This document shows positions 8,535 through 18,307 of a stretch of 64,000 nucleotides of DNA, one piece after another. Made by a program: the position numbers and the translations under genes. This DNA comes from a virus. Location: IMG/VR virus record IMGVR_UViG_3300002835_000017, one strand, 5' to 3'. Position 1 is the first letter of the stretch, and every line of letters begins with the position of its first letter. The notes under the pieces are model-generated. The model was not told the origin of the DNA and searched no databases. It worked only from the letters and a program-made list of their open reading frames with translations.

Positions 8535-11500
8535 TTATTCGTAAAATATACCTAAAATTTGATTTAGTGGTGCAAATGTACCTGTTAATTTATAAGTGTT
8601 ACCTTTATAAACGAATACAATACCTTCGTTTGGAACTATTTTATCTTTACCACCTATAGATGCTAATCTACTTAATTCCATTTTTAATTTAGCTATTTTA
8701 GATACATCACCACTACCTCTTACCTTTTCTGCAGTAGATTCCAATCTGCTTTTCATATCGGCAATTGCTGAATTTGGATTTGCGGTTAGTACTGAACTCA
8801 TAAATGAAAGAACATCAGCACCTACTCCCAAAAATATTTCTTCAAATTGTCTAACATTTTCTTTTTGTTGCTTTGCTACATTTACTTTATCATTTTCAAT
8901 TGCCCATTCTTGAGCTTCTTTATCAGCAATAGTATTTAAACGGAATGATTTATCACCAAATGCCCATCTTCTTACCAATGCTTCTTTTTCTAATTTTTGT
9001 AATTTAACTTTTGATTTATTTACAAAATTTTCCCACCATGCTTGATGATATTCGGAAACACCATCATTATTGGATAACCCAAATTCAGATTGTAATTTTT
9101 GTAATTTACTTAAATATTTATTTTGTTTTGCACTCAAATCTTCATTTTTAGGAAGTTGTGTGACAGGAGGTCCTTGAATTGTATACTTTGATTGAACATC
9201 GGCATTCACCTGCTTAATCATTCCTGCTAATTTAGTTGCAGCTGATTGGTCAGCACCTACCGCACTTCCTTTTTCATCATAACAAGTTGTGTTATGGAAT
9301 ACTAAAAGAGCCTGTCCATACGGAATAACATTTACCGAAGTTGGCCAAATTACTTCCAAATTCATAAAACACTGACCTTCGTTAAATATTTTCTTTCGTT
9401 GTGGTTCTGAAAGAGATTGAACTGCTGCTGATAAATCTTTCATTGCAAAGTTATAAGCATCGGTTAATCCACCTCTGCCACCAAATTTAGATGCAACATC
9501 TTCAATTCCCATTGCGTTTGCTCCTGCATTTGCCAAATGTCCTTTGTTTCTTGCTGCAATTAATCTACCATTTTTCCAACTGATTGCCAATGCCTGTCCA
9601 TCGGTTTTTTCTCTTGTCAATTCCAATTCACCAGTTAATGCACCAGTTATTATGTTTTTTAAATCACCAAAAGTTAAATCCATATCATCAAATGGGTGAG
9701 ACATGTGCCCGTATGCACCACCTTCAGTTAAAAGAGATTCATTTACTAATCCTGTTTTTGAAAAATCACCTTTAATAGTACCACTTTTATTTACTGAATA
9801 AACACGAACACCAGCTTTTTGAATTTCGTCTGCCACTTTTTCTACAACATCAGGAGATACTTTATAAAAACGAAGGAAATTATTACCATCATAACTATAT
9901 CCATTATTTACAATATTATGAAATCCTCTTACAGAAGTAGATGTAGTTTTCATTGCATTTACACCATGCTTTTTCAAAATAGCATTTACCACCTTTTTTA
10001 CAGGATTCATTTCCGCTTCGTTTAACTTAACTCCTGCGTATTCTAATCTATACTCATAGTATTCTTTTTTAATATCATAAGGAACTTTTGAATTCTTTCT
10101 GAATATTTCATCTACCATCTTTCGAGTATCGTTTGATGATAGTTTCCATTTTACTTTATCTTTATCTAATGTAAAAAAAGTATTTAAAGTAAAATCTATT
10201 TTGGTCAACATCGGTTTCAAAATTTCATTTTTAAAAAATGAATAGTATTCTTTTCGTTGTGAACCATCTAAATAATTAAGAGCGAAATCGGAATCATACA
10301 ATTCGTTTTCTAATGATTTTGCAATCATCTCCAAAACATATTTTTTATCGTTGTTACCGAGATATTTTTCTTCACCACTGCCAATTACATATTTGTACTG
10401 ATTACCCACCAAATCTTTTAATTTGAGTTCGTTTAATTTACCAGTATCGGTTTTGAAAAACGGACCTCTTCTTACACTTCTAAAGTCTAAACTCATTTCG
10501 TTTCCAAAAATTTCTGTAGGTGCAAGTATTTTCAATCTAATAGTTCCGTTTTTATTATCTACACCTAAAGTTTCAAATTCAATTTCGGAATACTTTTTAC
10601 CCTTAAATCCTAAATTCTTACCAGTAATAAACTTATGAACTTTACCACCACTAACTGCCTGTGCTTCTTGTAGGTTTGTTTTTTCAGCTAAACCCAACTT
10701 ATCAGTAACATACGTTACTTCTTTATATCCGTAGTTTTGTAATTGTTTAACTACATCGTTTCTATCTGCTTTAGGGTCATTACAAACAATTGCTCCAATC
10801 TTTTTTCTAGCAAATGAACCTGCGTTATCCCATATTTTCATAATTGCTTTGAAGTGCCAATCATTTGAACCAACTTCTTTTAAAGATTTTGCAGGTTCAT
10901 ATCCTCTATCTTCAGTATCTTTTTTATCTATTTGATGTCCTACCTGCTTTGTAGTATCATCAAAATCAACTGTATCCAATTCTGCAGGATATCCCAAATC
11001 AGGAGTGTAATTACCAGTTCTATGATGATGTAGAAAATCTTTTTGAGCACCACTTTTTGCGTGTTTTGAATGAGTTACTACACCTATAGATTCTCCTCTT
11101 GGTATTCTGAATGTTGTTGCCTTTTTACCATTAATCGTTGGCATTCCGTGGTCATCAGTTCCAATATCTTTAACGGTAACTTTTTTGTTCTTAAATTTAC
11201 CCATCAAAACTTCATCACCCTTATCAACATCTAAATTAATGTCTTCTTTAACAAAATCAGTTTCTACATATTCTACATTTGGTAAATTTTTTATAGTATA
11301 CTTTATAGTTCTTTCTTCCGCTTCATCATCTCCAAATATAGCATCTGCTTTTGGAAATTCAGTTTGTGTGTATCCACCATTTTTGTACCAAGCTTCACCT
11401 TTATCGGTATCTAATGCTCTCTTCTTGCCTTTCTTTATAAATGCGCCATCTGGAACATCTGCGGTGTTTGCAGTTTGAACATTACTAACTTCGTTATATA

Positions 11501-14042
11501 TTTGTTTATTTATTCTTCCATACTCTCTCATCAGAATTCCAGCTACGGCATGTGCTTGGTTTTCTATAGGAGAACCATCTGCCCCATCTTTTTCTGCATT
11601 TCTAACTAATCCCAACTCATCTTGCTTTCTATGAACCATTTCATGTGCAAGTGTACGAAGTATATCCGCTGTCAATCTACCCTCTGTTGCTACATATATT
11701 GATTTATCATCTGGATTATACCCACCCAAAGATGTTTTTACTTCAGCAAATTCTCTACCACCAACTAATGTTACATTTGGAGATTCTTTTAACTTCAATC
11801 TTTTAGTTGCAAACTCTACAAAGTTCTGAATAGATTGATGTTTTGATTCAGATAAATCCTCTTTCATCAAATCCGAAGCGTTAGCCATCGATTGGTTTTT
11901 AGTTCCTTCTTTTTTATATCGAGCAATCGTTTGTATCAATTGTTCATCGGATAGTTTATAGTTTTGCATTATTTCTAATGTTTTTTCTATAAACTTTGGC
12001 ACAAACTTTTTCGTATCAAATTCTTCTTCACCCTCTTTATTTTCAAATATTTTAGCTACCCCTAATGCAATACCTCCTAATGAAGCTTGTGCTTGATTAG
12101 CTCCCAATGATTCAAACGCAGAGTGTTTTATTATATCTTTAACTATATACGCCCCCAAATTCCCTCCTCCAAATTTGGTTGCTATTCCTGCACCAGCTCC
12201 TTGTATAACACCACTAATACCCGCTCCTTTAGATGCGGCCGCAATACCTCCTATCAATCCTCCGGTAACTGCGATTGAACCCATAATTATTGCGGTAGTT
12301 TTTACTAAACCTCCAACGGCCTTTTTTTGTCTTTTACTTTCTTTCCAAGACTTTTCCGCTAATTCTCTTTGTTCCGGTGTTAAATCTTCTCTAAATACGG
12401 GTTCTTTTGTTGTTTTTGGCTTTCCTAACCAATTTTTTTCTTGTACCTTATTTCCATCCGCATCCACTACATCATGACCATGTTTATCTTTTTTATAAAC
12501 AGGAACTTCTTTCATTTTAGGTTTGCGATTTCCAAAAGCATTTAACTTACTTGTAGTTGAATCAGGTTCTGTAAAATCATCCCAATGTTTAGTTTTACCC
12601 TCTGAATCCTTAACACCTCCCCATCGTCCAGTGGTTGCCAATGATTTTATAGCACTACCTGTTCCCACCAGCATTTCTTTGTTATGCTGATATGTATGCA
12701 TAATGCCATGCCCAATCTTTGATGCTGCTTTTTTTAGTACACTCATAGCCCCTTTTCTTTCTTCCGATTGTGGGCTATTTACTTTATCAATTGATTCGTT
12801 ATCTTCTTTTGATAATCCTTTTCTAGCATTATTTAAATTTTCTGTTGTTTTCGCGTCTTTCTTTTCTTTATCAGATTTTTCGGCAGACGATTTTAACTCA
12901 CCTCCACTTAATTTTTGAGATGGTGGTGGCGGTGGTGGTGGCGGTGGTGGTTTTGGTACGCCCTGTTTTGGTTTCGTTGCATCCACCTTACCTTGTGCAG
13001 TTGCCCCCTTATTTACAGGTTGCCCTGGTTGTGGCGGTGGAGGTGGTGGAGGTGGAGGTGGTTTTGGTATTCCACCACTTTGTTTTTTCTTAACTGCATC
13101 AGCTTCGGCAGGAGTTAGGGTTCTAATTTTACCATCGTCAGATTTGTGACTCGCAGGTCCTTTAGCATCTTTACCATAGTATCCACCACCCAAATGTTTT
13201 AATCCCATTTTTTCGGCTTCACTTTCTTCGTTAAAATATGTTCTGGTAAATTCTTCGAACATTTCTTCCATTGCAACTCTACCAAGTATTTCTGCAATTG
13301 GGTTATATAACTCATTCGTTGGATGTTCGGTTTCATGCCGTGTAGGATGTGGTTCGGGTCTCATTTCATACGATGGCTTTGTATTATTGCTCTCATCCGT
13401 TGAACCCGTTGGTGCACCATTAATGTATCCTCCTGGAAGATTTAATCCAGTTCCTATACCACCTGGAAAACCATTTTCATTTAATTTACCTGTTATCATA
13501 CCGAATACCTCTTTATCAAATTTTGGATATGCTTTTAAAAATCCCTTTTTCTTTTCATCATCACTCCCTTTACCCAACCAATTACGAACATCTGTTCCAC
13601 TAATTGGATTTGGTTCAGCAGGAACGGCGTATACATATCCAATTTCCTCGTATCCGTATCCAGCTTTTTCTTTATATGGTTTAAAATATTTACCTGCTAA
13701 TCTATCTGCATCCTTTTCTCCAACTGCCGCAACATACGCAGTAGTTTTACCATCAAATTGAGATAATATTTCTTTTGGAGCATACGGATTACGAACTTGA
13801 ACTATCTTATTCGATGGTATTCCAAACATTGTAGTAATTATTTTTACCTTCTCATTAAAATTAAAAGGAGATTTTGGTCCTGATGTATCATTGGAGGTTC
13901 CAATATATACATTTGATTTTCCAAATTTTTGAGCAAGTTTTAAATAAGAAACATAATGCCCCTTATGGAATGGTTGGAAACGGCCGGAGTATACTACTAC
14001 GGTTTTTTTTACTACTGGTTTATCTTTTTCGTTTAAATTCAT
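8535..14042 (-). CDS. 1835-aa multidomain protein: HxGH nucleotidyltransferase (NMNAT-like), poly-Pro, Gly-rich hydrophobic segment, zincin-like HExxH domain, C-terminal KxDG ligase-like domain
   Basis: GRFQPFHKGH and ISGTDVR; two P10 runs; LAHEMVH..E; EKTDGQ, MNLEVI, EGIVF, KLTG. Confidence 0.75.
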   Translation of the reverse strand: MNLNEKDKPVVKKTVVVYSGRFQPFHKGHYVSYLKLAQKFGKSNVYIGTSNDTSGPKSPFNFNEKVKIITTMFGIPSNKIVQVRNPYAPKEILSQFDGKTTAYVAAVGEKDADRLAGKYFKPYKEKAGYGYEEIGYVYAVPAEPNPISGTDVRNWLGKGSDDEKKKGFLKAYPKFDKEVFGMITGKLNENGFPGGIGTGLNLPGGYINGAPTGSTDESNNTKPSYEMRPEPHPTRHETEHPTNELYNPIAEILGRVAMEEMFEEFTRTYFNEESEAEKMGLKHLGGGYYGKDAKGPASHKSDDGKIRTLTPAEADAVKKKQSGGIPKPPPPPPPPPPQPGQPVNKGATAQGKVDATKPKQGVPKPPPPPPPPPPSQKLSGGELKSSAEKSDKEKKDAKTTENLNNARKGLSKEDNESIDKVNSPQSEERKGAMSVLKKAASKIGHGIMHTYQHNKEMLVGTGSAIKSLATTGRWGGVKDSEGKTKHWDDFTEPDSTTSKLNAFGNRKPKMKEVPVYKKDKHGHDVVDADGNKVQEKNWLGKPKTTKEPVFREDLTPEQRELAEKSWKESKRQKKAVGGLVKTTAIIMGSIAVTGGLIGGIAAASKGAGISGVIQGAGAGIATKFGGGNLGAYIVKDIIKHSAFESLGANQAQASLGGIALGVAKIFENKEGEEEFDTKKFVPKFIEKTLEIMQNYKLSDEQLIQTIARYKKEGTKNQSMANASDLMKEDLSESKHQSIQNFVEFATKRLKLKESPNVTLVGGREFAEVKTSLGGYNPDDKSIYVATEGRLTADILRTLAHEMVHRKQDELGLVRNAEKDGADGSPIENQAHAVAGILMREYGRINKQIYNEVSNVQTANTADVPDGAFIKKGKKRALDTDKGEAWYKNGGYTQTEFPKADAIFGDDEAEERTIKYTIKNLPNVEYVETDFVKEDINLDVDKGDEVLMGKFKNKKVTVKDIGTDDHGMPTINGKKATTFRIPRGESIGVVTHSKHAKSGAQKDFLHHHRTGNYTPDLGYPAELDTVDFDDTTKQVGHQIDKKDTEDRGYEPAKSLKEVGSNDWHFKAIMKIWDNAGSFARKKIGAIVCNDPKADRNDVVKQLQNYGYKEVTYVTDKLGLAEKTNLQEAQAVSGGKVHKFITGKNLGFKGKKYSEIEFETLGVDNKNGTIRLKILAPTEIFGNEMSLDFRSVRRGPFFKTDTGKLNELKLKDLVGNQYKYVIGSGEEKYLGNNDKKYVLEMIAKSLENELYDSDFALNYLDGSQRKEYYSFFKNEILKPMLTKIDFTLNTFFTLDKDKVKWKLSSNDTRKMVDEIFRKNSKVPYDIKKEYYEYRLEYAGVKLNEAEMNPVKKVVNAILKKHGVNAMKTTSTSVRGFHNIVNNGYSYDGNNFLRFYKVSPDVVEKVADEIQKAGVRVYSVNKSGTIKGDFSKTGLVNESLLTEGGAYGHMSHPFDDMDLTFGDLKNIITGALTGELELTREKTDGQALAISWKNGRLIAARNKGHLANAGANAMGIEDVASKFGGRGGLTDAYNFAMKDLSAAVQSLSEPQRKKIFNEGQCFMNLEVIWPTSVNVIPYGQALLVFHNTTCYDEKGSAVGADQSAATKLAGMIKQVNADVQSKYTIQGPPVTQLPKNEDLSAKQNKYLSKLQKLQSEFGLSNNDGVSEYHQAWWENFVNKSKVKLQKLEKEALVRRWAFGDKSFRLNTIADKEAQEWAIENDKVNVAKQQKENVRQFEEIFLGVGADVLSFMSSVLTANPNSAIADMKSRLESTAEKVRGSGDVSKIAKLKMELSRLASIGGKDKIVPNEGIVFVYKGNTYKLTGTFAPLNQILGIFYE
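12921..13061 (-). repeat. Two poly-proline (P10) coding tracts
   Basis: (tgg/cgg/agg)10 on plus strand at 12921-12950 and 13032-13061; each tract preceded by G(I/V)PK in the protein. Confidence 0.95.
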
Positions 14043-14056
14043 ACATATAAATATAA

Positions 14057-15496
14057 CTAAATAAGAGTCTTATTAAAATCTAACAAAAAATTTATTACTA
14101 ATTGCATTTCTTTGTTAGATTCTATATTTTTATAAGAGTGTTTCCCATAGTTAAAAAATAGTTTTTGATTATCTATACATATTTCTTTTACATTATTTAA
14201 AAACTCATCCTTTTCCTCTTTTGTTTTGTTTGAAAATTTAGTAATTTCATCTTGAATTAGTCGCAATCTAGCAAAATCATCACATTCCATATCATAACTC
14301 TCATCAATATACGGATGAAATGTTTTAAATCCAAATCTGTTTCTTAAATATTCCAATGATTTAGCAGGTCCTGCTAATATAAATGGTTGGCAATGTCCGA
14401 TTGGTTTCCATATTTTTTCTGAAAGATATCCTGTTGGGAAATTTACAAATACATCATCAGCACCTTTTGATTGAAAAAAAACAGATTCAGTTACAATACT
14501 TACATAAGAATTTAAATAAATATTTTTATCTTCAAATCCAAATCCAGCTATTTTAGTTAAATCATCTATATCTAATACCGAAGATGTTTCTTCAATTAAT
14601 TTACCGAATTCTTCATTTCTATCGTGACGATACATTTCTTCCACTATGTTTTTTGAATAAAATCTTTTATCCCAAGATACTAAATTTTTATCTAAACCTA
14701 ATTTATGCAAATGACTCAATAATAATAATCTATGCAATTTCCAATGCCTGGACAACAATAAAAAATCTTTTTTATCTTTTCCAATACTTTCTTCAAATTC
14801 TGTATGAGTTGCAACGGTGGATACTCCAGATTTAATGGCTCCTACCTGTGGTTCGTTTGAATTCTCACCCCAATAACGAAAATCTGGATTATTTATTATA
14901 TTATTAAATTCTTGAGATTTAGCAACCATATTTAAGGCATAATCGGCTACTTTATATTTTAATCCCAATTTTTTAAGATTCTTTTTTAATTTAAAATCTG
15001 CAAATAAAAAATAAACTTTTTCTTCAGGTATTTCTTTATCACGAATATTTTTAATTAATCTTTCAAAATTTTCTATTTCAATACCTTCACCTCCATCTAT
15101 TGTATAATGTAAAAATAATTTACCATTACCATTTTTTATTTCATCAATTGCTACTTTTGACATGAAATTTAAAGCAAATTCATGTATTGGATGGTTTCCA
15201 AAAAATTGATTTAAATTGCCAAATGGTTCTACAATATAAAACCAATCGTAATTAACACCATTTTTTCTATCTTCTTTTATTTGATAAATTGATTTTTTTA
15301 CAGCATATTTTTCAAAATAATTACTATTATATACCGCCCAATCACAATTCCATCTTTTAGAAAAAAATGCACCTGAATTTGAAAAATCAAAATCAGATGC
15401 ATTATGTATTGTGTTTATGTATTTTGGATTCATACAATTCGGCAATTCACCATTGTATGTTATTATATCATACCCAAAAATTAATTTACTATTCAT
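14057..15496 (-). CDS. Putative glycosyltransferase, GT10-like C-terminal motif family (paralog 1)
   Basis: YVSIVTES..LSEKIWKPI..QPFILAG..GFKTF..IDESYD. Confidence 0.5.
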   Translation of the reverse strand: MNSKLIFGYDIITYNGELPNCMNPKYINTIHNASDFDFSNSGAFFSKRWNCDWAVYNSNYFEKYAVKKSIYQIKEDRKNGVNYDWFYIVEPFGNLNQFFGNHPIHEFALNFMSKVAIDEIKNGNGKLFLHYTIDGGEGIEIENFERLIKNIRDKEIPEEKVYFLFADFKLKKNLKKLGLKYKVADYALNMVAKSQEFNNIINNPDFRYWGENSNEPQVGAIKSGVSTVATHTEFEESIGKDKKDFLLLSRHWKLHRLLLLSHLHKLGLDKNLVSWDKRFYSKNIVEEMYRHDRNEEFGKLIEETSSVLDIDDLTKIAGFGFEDKNIYLNSYVSIVTESVFFQSKGADDVFVNFPTGYLSEKIWKPIGHCQPFILAGPAKSLEYLRNRFGFKTFHPYIDESYDMECDDFARLRLIQDEITKFSNKTKEEKDEFLNNVKEICIDNQKLFFNYGKHSYKNIESNKEMQLVINFLLDFNKTLI

Positions 15497-15519
15497 ATAG
15501 ATGTTTTGTTTTTAATATC

Positions 15520-15645
15520 TTAAAATGATTTGTAAACGAATGGGTCTCTTTTTTTAAGTTCTTCTAATTTTTTTTTAATTTTTTTCTTTGTTTGATATGC
15601 TTGATACCACTTTACAAAGAATGAGATAATAGGTAAATTTTTCAT
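15520..15645 (-). CDS. 41-aa basic peptide (not in ORF track)
   Basis: MKNLPIISFFVKWYQAYQTKKKIKKKLEELKKRDPFVYKSF; fills the gap between neighbouring genes. Confidence 0.7.
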   Translation of the reverse strand: MKNLPIISFFVKWYQAYQTKKKIKKKLEELKKRDPFVYKSF

Positions 15646-15650
15646 ATTAG

Positions 15651-16193
15651 TTAGTTTTCGTAGTATAATGCAGGCCATTCAACAATAATATGAACGCCAC
15701 CTTCATTGTATGCATCTGTATATATCTTATAAATATCATTTGGATTTTTTAATTCCCAAATTTTTGTAAATTGTAATATGGATTTGAATTCTTGTGTATA
15801 ATCGTTTCTATGTTGAATACCTGGGTCTAATGGATTTGTACTACCAACACCAACTCTAATTATGATGTTTGCTTTTTTACCCGTCATATTCTCAAACTTA
15901 TCAGCATGATTTATTAACTGATTTGCAGCCGATACTAAAAAATCCCAACGTGGATAAAATGATATAACGGTTTTTCCTGTGATAGCTAATCCTAAACTCA
16001 TACCCATTTGAGTTTCTTCCATAACAGGTAATTCAATCATTTTTTCTTTTGGAACTTCACCCAGTGTTGTACTCATAGGGTTTCCCGCATAGACAATTTG
16101 TTGCCCAACAAAGATTGTATCTTCTTTTTGAGCAAGAAATGTCATTGCTTTAGTAAGTTCATCTTTATATGGTGATAGTTGTGGTATACTCAT
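15651..16193 (-). CDS. TPP-dependent E1 beta/transketolase pyrimidine-binding subunit (short)
   Basis: ELPVMEETQMGMSLGLAITG, NQLINHADK, IIIRVGVG, PGIQH. Confidence 0.85.
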   Translation of the reverse strand: MSIPQLSPYKDELTKAMTFLAQKEDTIFVGQQIVYAGNPMSTTLGEVPKEKMIELPVMEETQMGMSLGLAITGKTVISFYPRWDFLVSAANQLINHADKFENMTGKKANIIIRVGVGSTNPLDPGIQHRNDYTQEFKSILQFTKIWELKNPNDIYKIYTDAYNEGGVHIIVEWPALYYEN

Positions 16194-16194
16194 A

Positions 16195-17310
16195 TTATAT
16201 GTTTAAATTTAAATGATGAAAATTGTGATTTACAAATTTGTTATTATTTATTTTATTTATTTCTTTTAAAAAATCATCAAACAATTCATGTTCTTCATTA
16301 AATACTTGCAACTCTTTTAAAGTTTCATCTGTATATGTTCCCCAATCTACTATTTGTCTATATTGTATCCATAAATCAAATGTTGAATCTTTAAATATAT
16401 TAGTCATTATCTCATAAAACAAATGCATTTCTTTATAGTTGTGTTTACTAACTACCATAGAGCATATAAATTGGTTTATTGTTTTTTGTTTTGATAAAAA
16501 TTTTAAATTGGTTATTAATCTATCCCAATTACTATTTAATCTAGTCTTATTTTCGTATGTATCTTTTGTTGCAGCGTCAATACTAACTTCTATTGTTTTA
16601 ATGTAAGGACTTGCTTTCATTTGATTCCAAAGCTTTTCATCCAATAAATTACCATTGGTAATTATTTGCAATTGTTCTAACTTTGGATATTTTGTTATAT
16701 CAAAGTTTATCAAATAATCTCTATAAATCTTTGAGTAAAACGGGTCACCACTTCCTGTTACCATTATACATTTTAATCCACTTGCAAAGTTATCTTCAAT
16801 GGATTTTAATAAATGCAACTTTGCTTTATGTTGAGGAGATTGTAAATCATCATTTGGAATTAAATTAACTCTACACGATGGACATTTTAAATTACAACTT
16901 CTATCAAACCCAAATAAAATTTCTTGAGGAGGTAATTTAAAATTAATTACATCTTCTTCGGTATGTATATTATACACTTCTTTAAACTCTTCTATTTCTC
17001 TAAAAAAACAGGGCTTTCTACCTGTATTTATTAACTCATTTAATCTTGGGCATACCGTGTGATTGCAATATGTGTAAGTCCCATCTAAAACTGATTTACG
17101 AATGTTTTTAGCGGGAGTAGATGTCCAATTTCTCATTACATCATCGGTTTCATTTATTGGAAACCAACTTTCATTTCCGTTCTCATCTACTCTGATACTT
17201 TGCGGTGCCCAAGAAGGACAGCATACGAATTGAGATATCGATTGTACATCACTATACATAAACGGCATCTCACAAACGTATTTTTTAAGTATGTCCTCTT
17301 TTTTATCCAT
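16195..17310 (-). CDS. Radical SAM protein with N-terminal Cys-rich (twitch-like) region
   Basis: CNLKCPSC, GSGDPF, ITNG, VSIDA; N-terminal CEMPF..CCP..CNHTVCP. Confidence 0.85.
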   Translation of the reverse strand: MDKKEDILKKYVCEMPFMYSDVQSISQFVCCPSWAPQSIRVDENGNESWFPINETDDVMRNWTSTPAKNIRKSVLDGTYTYCNHTVCPRLNELINTGRKPCFFREIEEFKEVYNIHTEEDVINFKLPPQEILFGFDRSCNLKCPSCRVNLIPNDDLQSPQHKAKLHLLKSIEDNFASGLKCIMVTGSGDPFYSKIYRDYLINFDITKYPKLEQLQIITNGNLLDEKLWNQMKASPYIKTIEVSIDAATKDTYENKTRLNSNWDRLITNLKFLSKQKTINQFICSMVVSKHNYKEMHLFYEIMTNIFKDSTFDLWIQYRQIVDWGTYTDETLKELQVFNEEHELFDDFLKEINKINNNKFVNHNFHHLNLNI

Positions 17311-18302
17311 TAAGGTTTTGAATTTGGGTTATATTGGTGTTTGTTAGCTTTATACCACTCAATAGTTTCTTTAAGAGCTTGTTTCAAATCTCTTTTTGGT
17401 TTCCATCCTAAATCATTAATCTTTTTAGAAGATAGTAATCTAATAGGAATCATTGGTGCTTTGTTATTAACATATTCAATTGGATTAGTGTTGTTATCCA
17501 ATTCTTTAATTGTTGTAAGTGTTTCGTTTACCGTAAATCCTTCACCATAACATACATTAAAGATATCGTATGTATCGTTGTTTTCTGCTACAAAGATAAA
17601 ACCATCTGCCATATCTTCAACGTGTAGTAAATCTCTTACTTCAGTACCATCACCCCAAACTGGGATTGGGTTTAACCCATCTGCAACTTTACGAATGTTT
17701 GCTGGAGTAACGTGACACTTTTCAAAATCAAACTTATCATTAGGTCCAAATGCATTTGAAGGTCTGACAATCAAACACTGCATTGGTTCGTGAATCTGAT
17801 TTGAGAAAAAATCACATAACATTTCACCATATCTCTTCATACCACCAACTGCTTTATAAACAGGCAACATTGGAGTTGCGTGAACATTTATATCTTCAGT
17901 ACAAAATTCAGTACCCATATCTGGATAAGTTGTATTTGATGAAATAAACAAAAACTTACGAACTTTGTTTTTCCAACTCTGTTCCATAAGATTTACATTC
18001 ATCTCCACATTTGGAGTAACGTGTAATAGTGGATTGAATTTAGTATCCAATGCGTTTGATGTGTTCGCTGCACAATGAAAAACTACATCTACATCTTTAC
18101 TGATTAACTCACAAAACTCTGCATTTTGTAAATCTCCTTTGATATGTTCTACTTCGGATGTTCCTTCGAAATCATTTCTCAAATCTCTGCTAAATGATGT
18201 TGACCGAAGGTTTCTGTAACCCTTTTCATGTAATAACCTTAATAAATGTGAACCTATAAATCCACTTGCTCCTGTAACTAAAACTTTGTCTGTTTTTTTC
18301 AT
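17310..18302 (-). CDS. NAD-dependent epimerase/reductase, GDP-L-fucose synthase-like
   Basis: TGASGFIG, VFHCAA, RPSNAFGPND, WGDGTEVRDLLHVED. Confidence 0.85.
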   Translation of the reverse strand: MKKTDKVLVTGASGFIGSHLLRLLHEKGYRNLRSTSFSRDLRNDFEGTSEVEHIKGDLQNAEFCELISKDVDVVFHCAANTSNALDTKFNPLLHVTPNVEMNVNLMEQSWKNKVRKFLFISSNTTYPDMGTEFCTEDINVHATPMLPVYKAVGGMKRYGEMLCDFFSNQIHEPMQCLIVRPSNAFGPNDKFDFEKCHVTPANIRKVADGLNPIPVWGDGTEVRDLLHVEDMADGFIFVAENNDTYDIFNVCYGEGFTVNETLTTIKELDNNTNPIEYVNNKAPMIPIRLLSSKKINDLGWKPKRDLKQALKETIEWYKANKHQYNPNSKP

Positions 18303-18307
18303 TTTGT

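Noticed and set aside
12703-13118. Plus-strand ORFs with W/R and V/A repeats (MRWWWRWWW...)
   Set aside because: Antisense shadows of the poly-proline codons in the 1835-aa gene
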